NCBI GenBank assembly: GCA_049589875.1
Contig: JBAWBR010000045.1
Location: 743 to 64,742 of the forward strand
Length of the DNA: 64,000 bases
Direction: 5' to 3'
DNA from: Terriglobales bacterium
GTDB lineage: Bacteria; Acidobacteriota; Terriglobia; Terriglobales; Acidobacteriaceae
Every line of letters begins with the position of its first letter. Positions within the stretch are counted from its first letter, which is position 1. The position numbers and the translations under genes are program-made. This document shows positions 56,058-64,000 of the stretch, one piece after another. Below the pieces are notes generated by a model. That model was not told where the DNA came from. It was given only the letters and a program-made list of their open reading frames with translations, and ran no database searches.

Positions 56058-56987
56058 CTACGGAGTCACTAGGAAGTTGGTCCACTTCTGCGTGACGCTG
56101 TATTTCTTGGTGTAGGTGACCTTGGCGCAAGGATTCGCCACGTTGCACGGATTGCCGTTAACTCCGTCCACGCCCGTGGTCAGCTTGGCGTATTTCGGTG
56201 TGCCGACTTCGGTAACCGCGGTCCAGCTAACTTCGCCCGAGGTCGAGGAGGTGCTGGCGACCGGCTGAACGCAGGTCTTTCCAGCGGCGATGATAAACGG
56301 ATACGCAATACCCGTCGGCGTGGTCGTTGCATTGACGTAGCCTGGGATTGGGTAGTTGTAGTTGCCGTCGCAGTTGCCGTTGTTGGCGCCGCTCTGTCCC
56401 ATCGTGCCGAAGCCCTGATCGCCATAGATGATGACGTTAACGCCAGGAGTGGTCAGACCACCATAAACGTTTTGGCCAAAATCCACCGTGCCGGAGTCGA
56501 CAATGTAGCTCGTCCCCTGCTCAGCGGTGATGAGGTAGGTCAAGTCGTCGTTGGAGTCGCCGGAGTCGTCTTCGTACCAGGTTTCAGTCTGGCCGCAAAC
56601 GCCGGTTGCAGTGTTGACGTCCTTGCAGGCCGAGAGAGACCAGGAGTAGGACGGAACGCCAACTACCAGGCCGTTATCCGGGAAAGCTTGCGAGGGGTCG
56701 CCGATGGTCGGGCAATCCGCGTTGGCGGTTGCGCCGCCGCCGAAGCAGGGCCACAGATCGGTGCCGTCGGAGTTCTGGCTCGACGCCGAGGTTAGCGGGC
56801 TACCAGCAAAATATGCCCAACCGGGATACAGACCAGCAGGCGGGCCAGCCAGTTCCGGATTAATGTGACGTGTAGTCGGAACTGACTTGACTGTCCAGTG
56901 ATGGGGAACGTCTTTTGCCATCGCCATCGTGCCGAAACAAAGCGCAACAAGCGACACGACTGCTAGAAATACGAGGGTTCTTTTCAT
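56058..56987 (-). CDS. Secreted hypothetical protein (Gly/Thr/Asn/Cys-rich)
   Basis: It has a signal peptide (MKRTLVFLAVVSLVALCFGTMAMA) and multiple Cys residues. I recognise no family. Confidence 0.55.
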   Translation of the reverse strand: MKRTLVFLAVVSLVALCFGTMAMAKDVPHHWTVKSVPTTRHINPELAGPPAGLYPGWAYFAGSPLTSASSQNSDGTDLWPCFGGGATANADCPTIGDPSQAFPDNGLVVGVPSYSWSLSACKDVNTATGVCGQTETWYEDDSGDSNDDLTYLITAEQGTSYIVDSGTVDFGQNVYGGLTTPGVNVIIYGDQGFGTMGQSGANNGNCDGNYNYPIPGYVNATTTPTGIAYPFIIAAGKTCVQPVASTSSTSGEVSWTAVTEVGTPKYAKLTTGVDGVNGNPCNVANPCAKVTYTKKYSVTQKWTNFLVTP

Positions 56988-57310
56988 TGAGAGTCTCTCC
57001 ATGGAGGTATTGCGGAACGGGATCCTAACTCACTGGGAAGAGTCCGGTGTTCCGCACGCAAGGAGTGTACCTTACAACTACCCGCTGTCAACCCTAAAAT
57101 TGCGCAATAATTTGCACAGGCAATTTGGGTAAAACGCCCGACTGACGGCCTGTTTGCAATGCTGATTCCCGTCGCATTTTTGAATGTGACTCAGAGAGAT
57201 AAGCTCAAATTCTCTCCAGCCGCCAATAACGATTCAATCGGTGCGTAGACCGCCCGACGCAATATTGGTCTTTCCGAAGCAAGAATTCAAGTTTGAGCGT
57301 AATGAAGAAG

Positions 57311-57352
57311 AAAGCCCAAAGCCCAAAGCCGAAAGCCCAAAGCCCAAATCCC
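57311..57352. repeat. Heptanucleotide tandem repeat (AAAGCCC)x6, two units variant
   Basis: The units are AAAGCCC AAAGCCC AAAGCCG AAAGCCC AAAGCCC AAATCCC. The array starts 2 nt after the uvrC stop codon (TGA on the minus strand at 57355-57). Confidence 0.9.
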
Positions 57353-57354
57353 AG

Positions 57355-59253
57355 TCACCGCCGAAAGTGCTCCAGAATCGCCTCCGCCTGCGATCGCGTC
57401 ACCACCGCGGAAAGCGCCGCCGTGTCGGCCTGTTTCACGGCCTGCAAACTGCCGAAATGTTCCAGCAGCCGCCGCGTCGTCGATTCGCCGACTCCCGGTA
57501 TCTCGCGCAGCTCAGTCGCGCGGTCGCGAATCTGCCGCCGCTTGCGGTGAAACGTCACCGCGAACCTGTGCGCCTCGTCGCGAATCATCTGCACCAGATG
57601 CAGCACAGGAGAATGATGGTCGAGCACGACCGGGTCGTCTTCCTGTCCCAATACATAAATAATTTCCTCGCGCTTGGCGATCGAAGCGAGCGGCTGGTTA
57701 ATGATCTCAAGCCCCTCCAGCGCATCCGCCGCCGCATGCAGCTGCCCCAGCCCGCCGTCAATCAGGATCAGGCTCGGCAGCGGCTTCTTCTCTTCGCAAA
57801 GCCTTTTGTAGCGCCGCGTCACCACCTCCCGCATGGATGCGAAATCGTCCACGCCTTCGACCGTCTTGATGATGAACTTCCGGTAGTCCGACTTCTTCAT
57901 CTTACCGTCTTCCCACACCACCATCGACGCAACTGTCTCCGCGCCCTGAATATGCGAGATGTCAAAGCATTCAATCCGCTTTGGCAGCTCCGGCATGGCC
58001 AGCGCATCCTGAAAAGCCTCAGCAATCGCGCGCGCGCTGGGCTTGAGTATGCGGAAGCGCTGATCGTAAGACTGCTTGGCATTGTTGCCCGCCAGATCGA
58101 TCAGCTCTCGCTTGTCGCCCCGCTGCGGCACAATGATGTGCACCCGTGTGGCGCGGGCGCCCTCGCCCGCGAGCTGCTCGCTCAATGCATCTTCCAGTTC
58201 TTCCCGATCTTCGAAATCGACCGGCACATAAATGTTTCGCGGAACATACGGCTGCGCCAGATAAAGCTGCTTCACCAGAGCGGAGAAAAACGGGCCCGGA
58301 TGGAAGGCCTCGCTGGCGACGGCCTTATCGACGGCACTGTCATCGCCAGCCCCCTCATTTCCAGCAGCCAATGCCGTGGCCGATTCGAACTCCGGCAAGT
58401 CCTCCCAGAAAAATTCCCGCCGGTCCAGTACGCGCCCCCCGCGCATGTGAAACAGGTTCACCGCCAGCATCTGATTTTCATAGTGATAACCAAACACATC
58501 CGCGTCGTCACCTTCCGCCGCCGCAATGCGCTGCTTCTCCTGCAACTGTTCGACGGTCGAAATCAGATCGCGATACTTGGCGGCGCGCTCGAACTCCTGC
58601 GCATTCGCCGTCTCCGCCATGCGCTCGCGCAGCGACTTGACCAGATCGGTCTGCCGCCCTTCAAGAAACAGTTTCACATCGCGCACTGCCTCCGCATAAA
58701 TCTCCGGCGTGGTCAGCTCCTTCACGCACGGGCCCAGGCAGCGCTTGATGTAGTACTGCAGGCACGGCCTCGAATGGAAACGCGTCAGGTCCACCTTGCA
58801 TGACGGAATGCAAAAGTGGCGATGAATCAGATCGACGATGCGATAGGCCAGATTGGCAGGGAAGTAAGGTCCGAAATAGGCGCTGCCATCCTTGCGCAGC
58901 CGGCGTGTCACATAAACCCGCGGCAGCCGCTCGCCCAGCGTGAGCTTGATATAAGGATAGGTTTTATCGTCGCGCAGCAGAATATTAAAGCGCGGCTTCT
59001 TCTGCTTGATGAGATGATTCTCAAGCGCCAGCGCCTCCTTGTTATTGGCGACAACGATGTAATCCACATCCGCCGCCTCGCGCACCAGCGTGCCAGTTTT
59101 TGCATCCTCCCATCGCCCTTCATGAAAATAAGACGAGACGCGCGACCGCAGATTCTTTGCCTTGCCAACGTAAATGACCTCGCCCTCGGCATTCTTGTAG
59201 AGATACACGCCGGGCGAAGTCGGAATCGTGCGGATTTTGGCAGCAAGATCCAT
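57355..59253 (-). CDS. uvrC: Excinuclease ABC subunit C
   Basis: The GIY-YIG N-terminus reads PGVYLYKNAEGEVIYVGKAKNLRSR. The UvrBC-interaction region, the Endo V-like nuclease domain and the C-terminal (HhH)2 (IPGVGESTTRRLLEHFGS) are present. Confidence 0.95.
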   Translation of the reverse strand: MDLAAKIRTIPTSPGVYLYKNAEGEVIYVGKAKNLRSRVSSYFHEGRWEDAKTGTLVREAADVDYIVVANNKEALALENHLIKQKKPRFNILLRDDKTYPYIKLTLGERLPRVYVTRRLRKDGSAYFGPYFPANLAYRIVDLIHRHFCIPSCKVDLTRFHSRPCLQYYIKRCLGPCVKELTTPEIYAEAVRDVKLFLEGRQTDLVKSLRERMAETANAQEFERAAKYRDLISTVEQLQEKQRIAAAEGDDADVFGYHYENQMLAVNLFHMRGGRVLDRREFFWEDLPEFESATALAAGNEGAGDDSAVDKAVASEAFHPGPFFSALVKQLYLAQPYVPRNIYVPVDFEDREELEDALSEQLAGEGARATRVHIIVPQRGDKRELIDLAGNNAKQSYDQRFRILKPSARAIAEAFQDALAMPELPKRIECFDISHIQGAETVASMVVWEDGKMKKSDYRKFIIKTVEGVDDFASMREVVTRRYKRLCEEKKPLPSLILIDGGLGQLHAAADALEGLEIINQPLASIAKREEIIYVLGQEDDPVVLDHHSPVLHLVQMIRDEAHRFAVTFHRKRRQIRDRATELREIPGVGESTTRRLLEHFGSLQAVKQADTAALSAVVTRSQAEAILEHFRR

Positions 59254-59308
59254 TGCAGAAGGCCAATCTATCTATGATAGAACCGGAAGGCGAAAAGATT
59301 CGGGCAGG

Positions 59309-59337
59309 AAAAAAACAGACGCGGCTCGCCGCGTCTG
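59309..59337 (-). terminator. Rho-independent terminator after pepA
   Basis: The 9-bp stem is CAGACGCGG (59316-24) with CCGCGTCTG (59329-37), with a 4-nt loop. Seven T follow on the minus strand (A-run 59309-15). Confidence 0.7.
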
Positions 59338-59406
59338 CGTCTGCATTATGTTGGACAGCGCTGAGATCTGGCGGTCCGATCTGGCGGTCTAAGATCTTGA
59401 TTCGTC

Positions 59407-60960
59407 TTACCCGCCCCACCCCCGAATAAACTCCACCAGACTCCTCAGCGCAATTCCGGACGGACCCTTCGCGATCCACGGCTTCTGCTCTTCCATCCAC
59501 GCCGTGCCCGCAATATCAAGGTGAATCCACGGCGTTTCTTCGGCGAATTCCTTCAGAAACATTGCCGCAAAAATCGCTCCGCCCCACCGCGAGCCCGCAT
59601 TGGCCATGTCGGCAATGCCCGATTTGATCAGCTCCTTGTATTCCTCATCGAGCGGCAGCCGCCACATTTTTTCGCCCGTCTGTTTCATTGCCTTCTCGAA
59701 GCGGTCGTACATCTGGTCGTCGCTGGCGAAAATTCCGGCATTCACATAGCCCAGCGCCACCACCACCGCGCCCGTCAGCGTGGCCGCATCAATCAAATGT
59801 GTGCAGCCAAGCTGCCGTGCATAGGTAAGCCCATCGGCCAGCACCAGCCGGCCTTCCGCGTCTGTATTGATGATCTCAATCGATTTCCCCGACATGGCAA
59901 TCTGCACGTCGCCCGGCTTTTGCGCCTTCCCGGATGGCATGTTTTCCGTGGCCAGAACAATGGCAGTCACTTTTACCTTCGGCTTCAGCAGCGCGATTGC
60001 GCGCATTGCGCCAATCATGGTCGCCCCGCCCGCCATGTCGTACTTCATCTTCTCCATGCCATCAGCCGGCTTGATCGAGATGCCGCCCGTATCGAACGTG
60101 ATCCCCTTGCCCACCAATCCCAGATGTACGCCGTTCACCGCGCCAGCAGGCTCATAACGCAGCACAATCAGCGCCGGAGGCTCGTCCGACCCCTGCGCCA
60201 CGCCCCAAAACGCGCCCATCTTCAGTTCTTTGATCTTGTCGGTGCTGAAAATTTCGCAGGCCAAGCCCACCTCGCCGGCCATTTTCTTTGTCCGTTCAGC
60301 GAGCAACGTCGGCGTCATCAGGTTGGAGGGCTCATTCACCAGATCGCGCGTGAAGTTCTGCGATTCGGCGACGATGCGCCCCGTATCAATCGCCGCCTGC
60401 AACGCCTTCGCATCGCCCTGGCTGACGATGGTCATCGCGTTGATCTTCTCATCATCCTTGCGATCGCTCTTGTAGTAGCCCGGTTCGAAACTGCCAATCA
60501 GCGCGCCTTCAACCAGGGCGCGAATGGCCTCGGGAGCCGCAATCCCACTCTCCGGCAAAACAAACGCAAAGCTGCGTACGCTCTTTGCCTTGAGCGTGCG
60601 CACCGCCGCGCCGGCAAGCTTGCGCAAGTCAGACGCCGAAAAAGTCTTTGCCTTGCCGCCGCCCAGCAGCAGCAGGCGTTTTGCTTTTAATCCCTCCGGA
60701 CGATGCAGCAGCGTGGTCTCAAAAACCTTGCCCGTAACCTCGCCGCTCGAAATGACCTCTTTCGCCGCCGCGCGCACCGCCGCATCGGCCGTGGCGAGAA
60801 CCGGCGCAGGCTTGTCTCGCTTGCCTTGATCTTTTTTTCCCGGATCGTGTTTACCCGGATCTGGATTGCCCTGATTTTTTTCCGCCTGATCGAGAACCAC
60901 CACGACCAGGCAATCGGTTTCAACCTGCGACGGCGCTATAGCAGAAAGATTCGTATTCAT
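59407..60960 (-). CDS. pepA: Leucyl aminopeptidase (M17 family)
   Basis: The M17 metal-site motifs are VGKGITFDTGGISIKP...NTDAEGRLVLAD. A lysine/aspartate-rich insertion lies near the N-terminus. Confidence 0.95.
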   Translation of the reverse strand: MNTNLSAIAPSQVETDCLVVVVLDQAEKNQGNPDPGKHDPGKKDQGKRDKPAPVLATADAAVRAAAKEVISSGEVTGKVFETTLLHRPEGLKAKRLLLLGGGKAKTFSASDLRKLAGAAVRTLKAKSVRSFAFVLPESGIAAPEAIRALVEGALIGSFEPGYYKSDRKDDEKINAMTIVSQGDAKALQAAIDTGRIVAESQNFTRDLVNEPSNLMTPTLLAERTKKMAGEVGLACEIFSTDKIKELKMGAFWGVAQGSDEPPALIVLRYEPAGAVNGVHLGLVGKGITFDTGGISIKPADGMEKMKYDMAGGATMIGAMRAIALLKPKVKVTAIVLATENMPSGKAQKPGDVQIAMSGKSIEIINTDAEGRLVLADGLTYARQLGCTHLIDAATLTGAVVVALGYVNAGIFASDDQMYDRFEKAMKQTGEKMWRLPLDEEYKELIKSGIADMANAGSRWGGAIFAAMFLKEFAEETPWIHLDIAGTAWMEEQKPWIAKGPSGIALRSLVEFIRGWGG

Positions 60961-60961
60961 A

Positions 60962-61018
60962 GTTTGAGATGTGGTTTGGAATATAGTTTGAAATCTGTTT
61001 GGAATTAGTTCGACGTTT
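60962..61018. repeat. Four to five phased ~11-12-nt repeats (GTTTGRAAT core) abutting the pepA start codon
   Basis: The units are GTTTGAGATGTG, GTTTGGAATATA, GTTTGAAATCT, GTTTGGAATTA and GTTCGACGTTT, read directly from 60962-61018. Confidence 0.6.
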
Positions 61019-61128
61019 CAGTATCCACGGTAAGGCGGTCGGCGCGCAACTGAGCCCGCATAACCCGGCGGACACAGACTTGCTGGAATCGTTCGCCGGA
61101 GTCGTGATGCCTCCGTATCCGGGCATTC

Positions 61129-61659
61129 TCACGCGCCTTTTCTGCTTCTTGCGATCGCCTCTCGCGCCTCTTTATCCGCCGTTCGCCTGCGCTCCGTCTC
61201 GCGCTTGTCCCACTGCTGCTTTCCGCGCGCAAGTGCAAGTTCAACTTTAACTCTGCCATCCTTGAAATACATCCGCGTCGGAACCAGAGTAAGCCCGCGC
61301 TGCTGCGTTTTGACAAACAGTTTATGGATCTCCTCGCTGTGCGCCAGCAGCTTTCGCGTCCGCTCCGCCGCATGGTTCACGTAGCCGCCATGCTCGTACG
61401 GACTGATGTGGCAGTTCAGCAGCCAGAGTTCGCCATCTTTGACCAAACCGTAGGCATCTTTAAGATTCGCCTTCCCGGTGCGCACCGATTTGACCTCGGT
61501 ACCGCTCAAAACAATGCCTGCCTCAATTTTTTCGAGCAAGAAATAGTTGTGAGCCGCGTTCCTGTTAACGGCGGCATCCCTCTGCCCGGCGGCCGTGGGC
61601 TGACGGCGCGGGTTCTTCTCGCGGTTGGCTTGGGTCTGATGGGTACTTTGTTTAGCCAT
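61129..61659 (-). CDS. smpB: SsrA-binding protein SmpB
   Basis: NRNAAHNYFLLEKIEAGIVLSGTEVKSVR.GKANLKDAY...LLNCHISPYEHG...RTRKLL shows the SmpB signature. There is a ~30-aa basic N-terminal extension. Confidence 0.9.
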   Translation of the reverse strand: MAKQSTHQTQANREKNPRRQPTAAGQRDAAVNRNAAHNYFLLEKIEAGIVLSGTEVKSVRTGKANLKDAYGLVKDGELWLLNCHISPYEHGGYVNHAAERTRKLLAHSEEIHKLFVKTQQRGLTLVPTRMYFKDGRVKVELALARGKQQWDKRETERRRTADKEAREAIARSRKGA

Positions 61660-61980
61660 CTGTAATTAAGAAATCGGTAATTAGAAGAAGTTAGCACAGG
61701 AATGGGAGCAGGTCCTCGAATGGCGGTTTCGGACTCTAGCGTTCGCCGTCCGGGGCAAATTGCCCAAGTCAAACTGGCACCACTTGGACAGGTACTAATG
61801 AGTGTAAACGGTTACCTGCCAATCAGTTGGGGCGGGCAGTCGGGCGATGCTATAATCCAATTTTCCACCAGTTTTGCATTGCTTACAGCCGCTGGGGCTC
61901 CCCCAAGCCTGCGGTTTTTGCCGTAATTTAAGTGATTTGCCGGTTCTGCCGGAGAGAGAACTGTGTTTGAGGGCCGCCGA

Positions 61981-64000
61981 ATGAAACGGATGTTGCGTCC
62001 GACTGTTTTCGTTCTACTTATTTTGTGCCTGAGACTTCCTGGGCTTGCCGCCGACTCCGCCAAGAAGTTGTATGAAAAGGGCTATGACGCCCAGGCGCGC
62101 CAGGACTACGAAAAAGCCTATGAGTATTTCAAACAGGCCTACGATCTTCAGCCCAAGGATATAAAGTTCCGCGCCGCTTACGAACGTAACCGCTTTCTCG
62201 CCGCAGCTTCTCATGTGCATCGCGGGCAGATAGCGATGGATGCCAACAAGCTGGATGAGGCGAAAACCGAATTTGAGAAGGCGCTCTCCATCGATCCATC
62301 GTCGTTCATTGCGCAGCAGGAATTACGCCGCACGCTGAAGATGCTTCAGGACGGGACCGATGCCGGGCCTGAGGCCTCCGCCGGCCCGACTTCGGAACTG
62401 CGCAAACTGCTCAATCAGGCGCAAGGCCCTGTTGAACTGGCGCCCATTTCCAGCGCGCCCATCACGCTCAAAATGACGGAAAAAAGCAACGTTATTTATG
62501 AGACGGTCGGCAAACTGGCGGGCGTCAACGTGCTCTTCGATCCCGATTACACGGCGCGCCAGGTGCGCATCGAGCTGAACGGCGTCTCCCTTGAGGAAGC
62601 GCTTTCCATCATTTCCTTTCAAACCAAAACTTTCTGGCGTCCGGTAACGCCGAATACGATCTTTGTCGCGCAAGACAATCCCGCAAAACGGAAAGAGCTT
62701 GAACAAAACGTTCTCAAAACTTTTTATCTTTCCAATCTTTCGCAAGCGACCGAATTGCAGGATGTCGTAAACGCAATGCGCACCATCCTCGAAGTAAGCA
62801 GGATTCAGCAACTGCCTTCGCAGGGAGCGATTGTCGTCCGCGGTACGCCCGACCAGTTAGCCCTGGCGCAGAAACTTGTCGACGATCTCGACAAGGCCAA
62901 GCCTGAAGTGGTGATCGACGTGGCCATTTTGGAAGTCAGCCGCGACAAGATGAAGCAACTCGGAATCAGCCCGCCGACCAACGTCGCGGTACAGTTGCAA
63001 GCCAACGTTTCCACTACGCCCACCACCAGTTCCACCACCACTACCAGCACTACATCGTCGACCACATCGCAAAACGGCATCAACCTGAACACTTTCGACA
63101 ACCTGAACGCTACCGATTTCCAGGTCACCATTCCGCAGGCCACGGCGACCGCCCTGCTCAGCGATAGCACGTCGAGGATCATCCAAAATCCGCAGGTACG
63201 GGCGCTCGATGGCCAGAAGGCTACGCTCAAGATCGGCGAACGCGTGCCCATCGCGACCGGCTCGTTCTCGTCGGGTATTGGCAGCGTCGGCGCCGGCATC
63301 AGCCCCTTGACCAACACTCAATTTCAATACATTGACGTTGGCGTCAACATCGACATCACGCCGCGCATTCACGCCGACCATGAAGTCAGCATGAAATTGT
63401 CGCTCGACGTTTCCTCCGTCACTTCCTATGTAAGCATCGGCGGCATCAGCCAGCCCGTGATCGGGCAGCGCAAAGTTGAGCACGATATCCGCTTGCGGGA
63501 TGGGGAAGTCAACATCCTCGGCGGTCTGATGGAAGACCAGCAAACCAAGGCGCTCTCCGGAATTCCCGGTCTGTCCCAGATTCCGCTCCTCAAGTATTTG
63601 TTCTCACAAACCAACACCGAACACCAGGAGGATGAAATCGTCTTCGTTCTGGTGCCCCACATTATTCGCGCGTCGGAACCGTCGCGAAGCAATGAACTGC
63701 TCGACGTGGGCACCGCCAACTCCATCGAGTTGAGGCTTGGCAATCCACGGGTTGCGCCCGTCGCCGCGCCGCAACCACAAGCCCCGGCAACGCCTCCAGG
63801 CGCGGCCGCGCAGATGCCGCCCAATGGGCAGAACTCCGGCTTGCGTCCCGTTTCCGCCGCGCCGGGTGGGTCTTTTATGTTCGATCCGCCCACCATGAAG
63901 CAGGCCAAGGGCTCCACTTTCACCGTCAATGTGATGGTTTCCGGCGGCCAAAACGTTTACTCCGTACCCGTGCAATTAAGCTATGACCCGAATCAGGTGC
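61981..64000 (+). CDS. Secretin (type II/IV secretion outer-membrane channel, GspD/PilQ family) with an N-terminal TPR-like segment and a cohesin-like C-terminal extension; 3' end is beyond the window
   Basis: It is not in the ORF track because no stop lies in the window, and I translated it manually with no stops. The signal peptide is MKRMLRPTVFVLLILCLRLPGLAA. The secretin domain reads IIQNPQVRALDGQKATLKIGERVPI...GGISQPVIGQRKVEHDIRLRDGEVNILGGLM...LSGIPGLSQIPLLKYLF. ATG 61981 follows GAGGG. Confidence 0.85.
   Translation, partial: MKRMLRPTVFVLLILCLRLPGLAADSAKKLYEKGYDAQARQDYEKAYEYFKQAYDLQPKDIKFRAAYERNRFLAAASHVHRGQIAMDANKLDEAKTEFEKALSIDPSSFIAQQELRRTLKMLQDGTDAGPEASAGPTSELRKLLNQAQGPVELAPISSAPITLKMTEKSNVIYETVGKLAGVNVLFDPDYTARQVRIELNGVSLEEALSIISFQTKTFWRPVTPNTIFVAQDNPAKRKELEQNVLKTFYLSNLSQATELQDVVNAMRTILEVSRIQQLPSQGAIVVRGTPDQLALAQKLVDDLDKAKPEVVIDVAILEVSRDKMKQLGISPPTNVAVQLQANVSTTPTTSSTTTTSTTSSTTSQNGINLNTFDNLNATDFQVTIPQATATALLSDSTSRIIQNPQVRALDGQKATLKIGERVPIATGSFSSGIGSVGAGISPLTNTQFQYIDVGVNIDITPRIHADHEVSMKLSLDVSSVTSYVSIGGISQPVIGQRKVEHDIRLRDGEVNILGGLMEDQQTKALSGIPGLSQIPLLKYLFSQTNTEHQEDEIVFVLVPHIIRASEPSRSNELLDVGTANSIELRLGNPRVAPVAAPQPQAPATPPGAAAQMPPNGQNSGLRPVSAAPGGSFMFDPPTMKQAKGSTFTVNVMVSGGQNVYSVPVQLSYDPNQV

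Noticed and set aside
60961-61980. An expectation of a tmRNA (ssrA) gene next to smpB.
   Set aside because: Neither flank of smpB shows the GGGGC... 5' end, the tag-reading-frame context or the tRNA-like 3' end (...TCCACCA). ssrA is presumably elsewhere in the genome.

Overview
This is a high-GC bacterial chromosomal segment. Its gene content looks like an Acidobacteriota/Terriglobia-type soil bacterium; that is an inference from a CadC-like wHTH-TPR regulator, a Ser/Thr-kinase-TolB-propeller fusion, a cohesin-tailed secretin and many SD-supported TTG/GTG starts. I support about 50 protein genes and found no rRNA, tRNA, CRISPR array, transposase or integrase. Most of the window is housekeeping: purC, cvpA, smc, uvrC, pepA, smpB, fabH, secG, xseB, ispA, two cyclophilins, an FKBP, a homocysteine-methyltransferase/MTHFR fusion, a CoA-transferase, Fur and a penicillin-acylase-family gene. 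The standout is an ~11.5 kb same-strand chemosensory operon (5.8-17.3 kb) with the order STAS-cheA-soluble triple-PAS MCP-cheW-cheR-cheD-cheB-[unknown]-cheY, followed by a second receiver. The unknown gene between cheB and cheY is a soluble coiled-coil ORF pair. Each ORF carries one degenerate MCP hairpin-tip-like motif, and the pair looks frame-broken. This is my best candidate for something undescribed. Other accessory-looking items are a ParE/RHH toxin-antitoxin pair, a solitary HNH nuclease next to ispA, a pseudo-receiver inserted between xseB and ispA, a 530-nt structured non-coding gap upstream of smc, and several perfect short tandem repeats. Those repeats include a heptanucleotide SSR after uvrC and helically phased repeats upstream of pepA. 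Many ORF-track N-termini are over-extended, so I re-set starts where an SD plus start codon or a terminator supports it. All family calls come from reading the sequences by eye; no searches were run.
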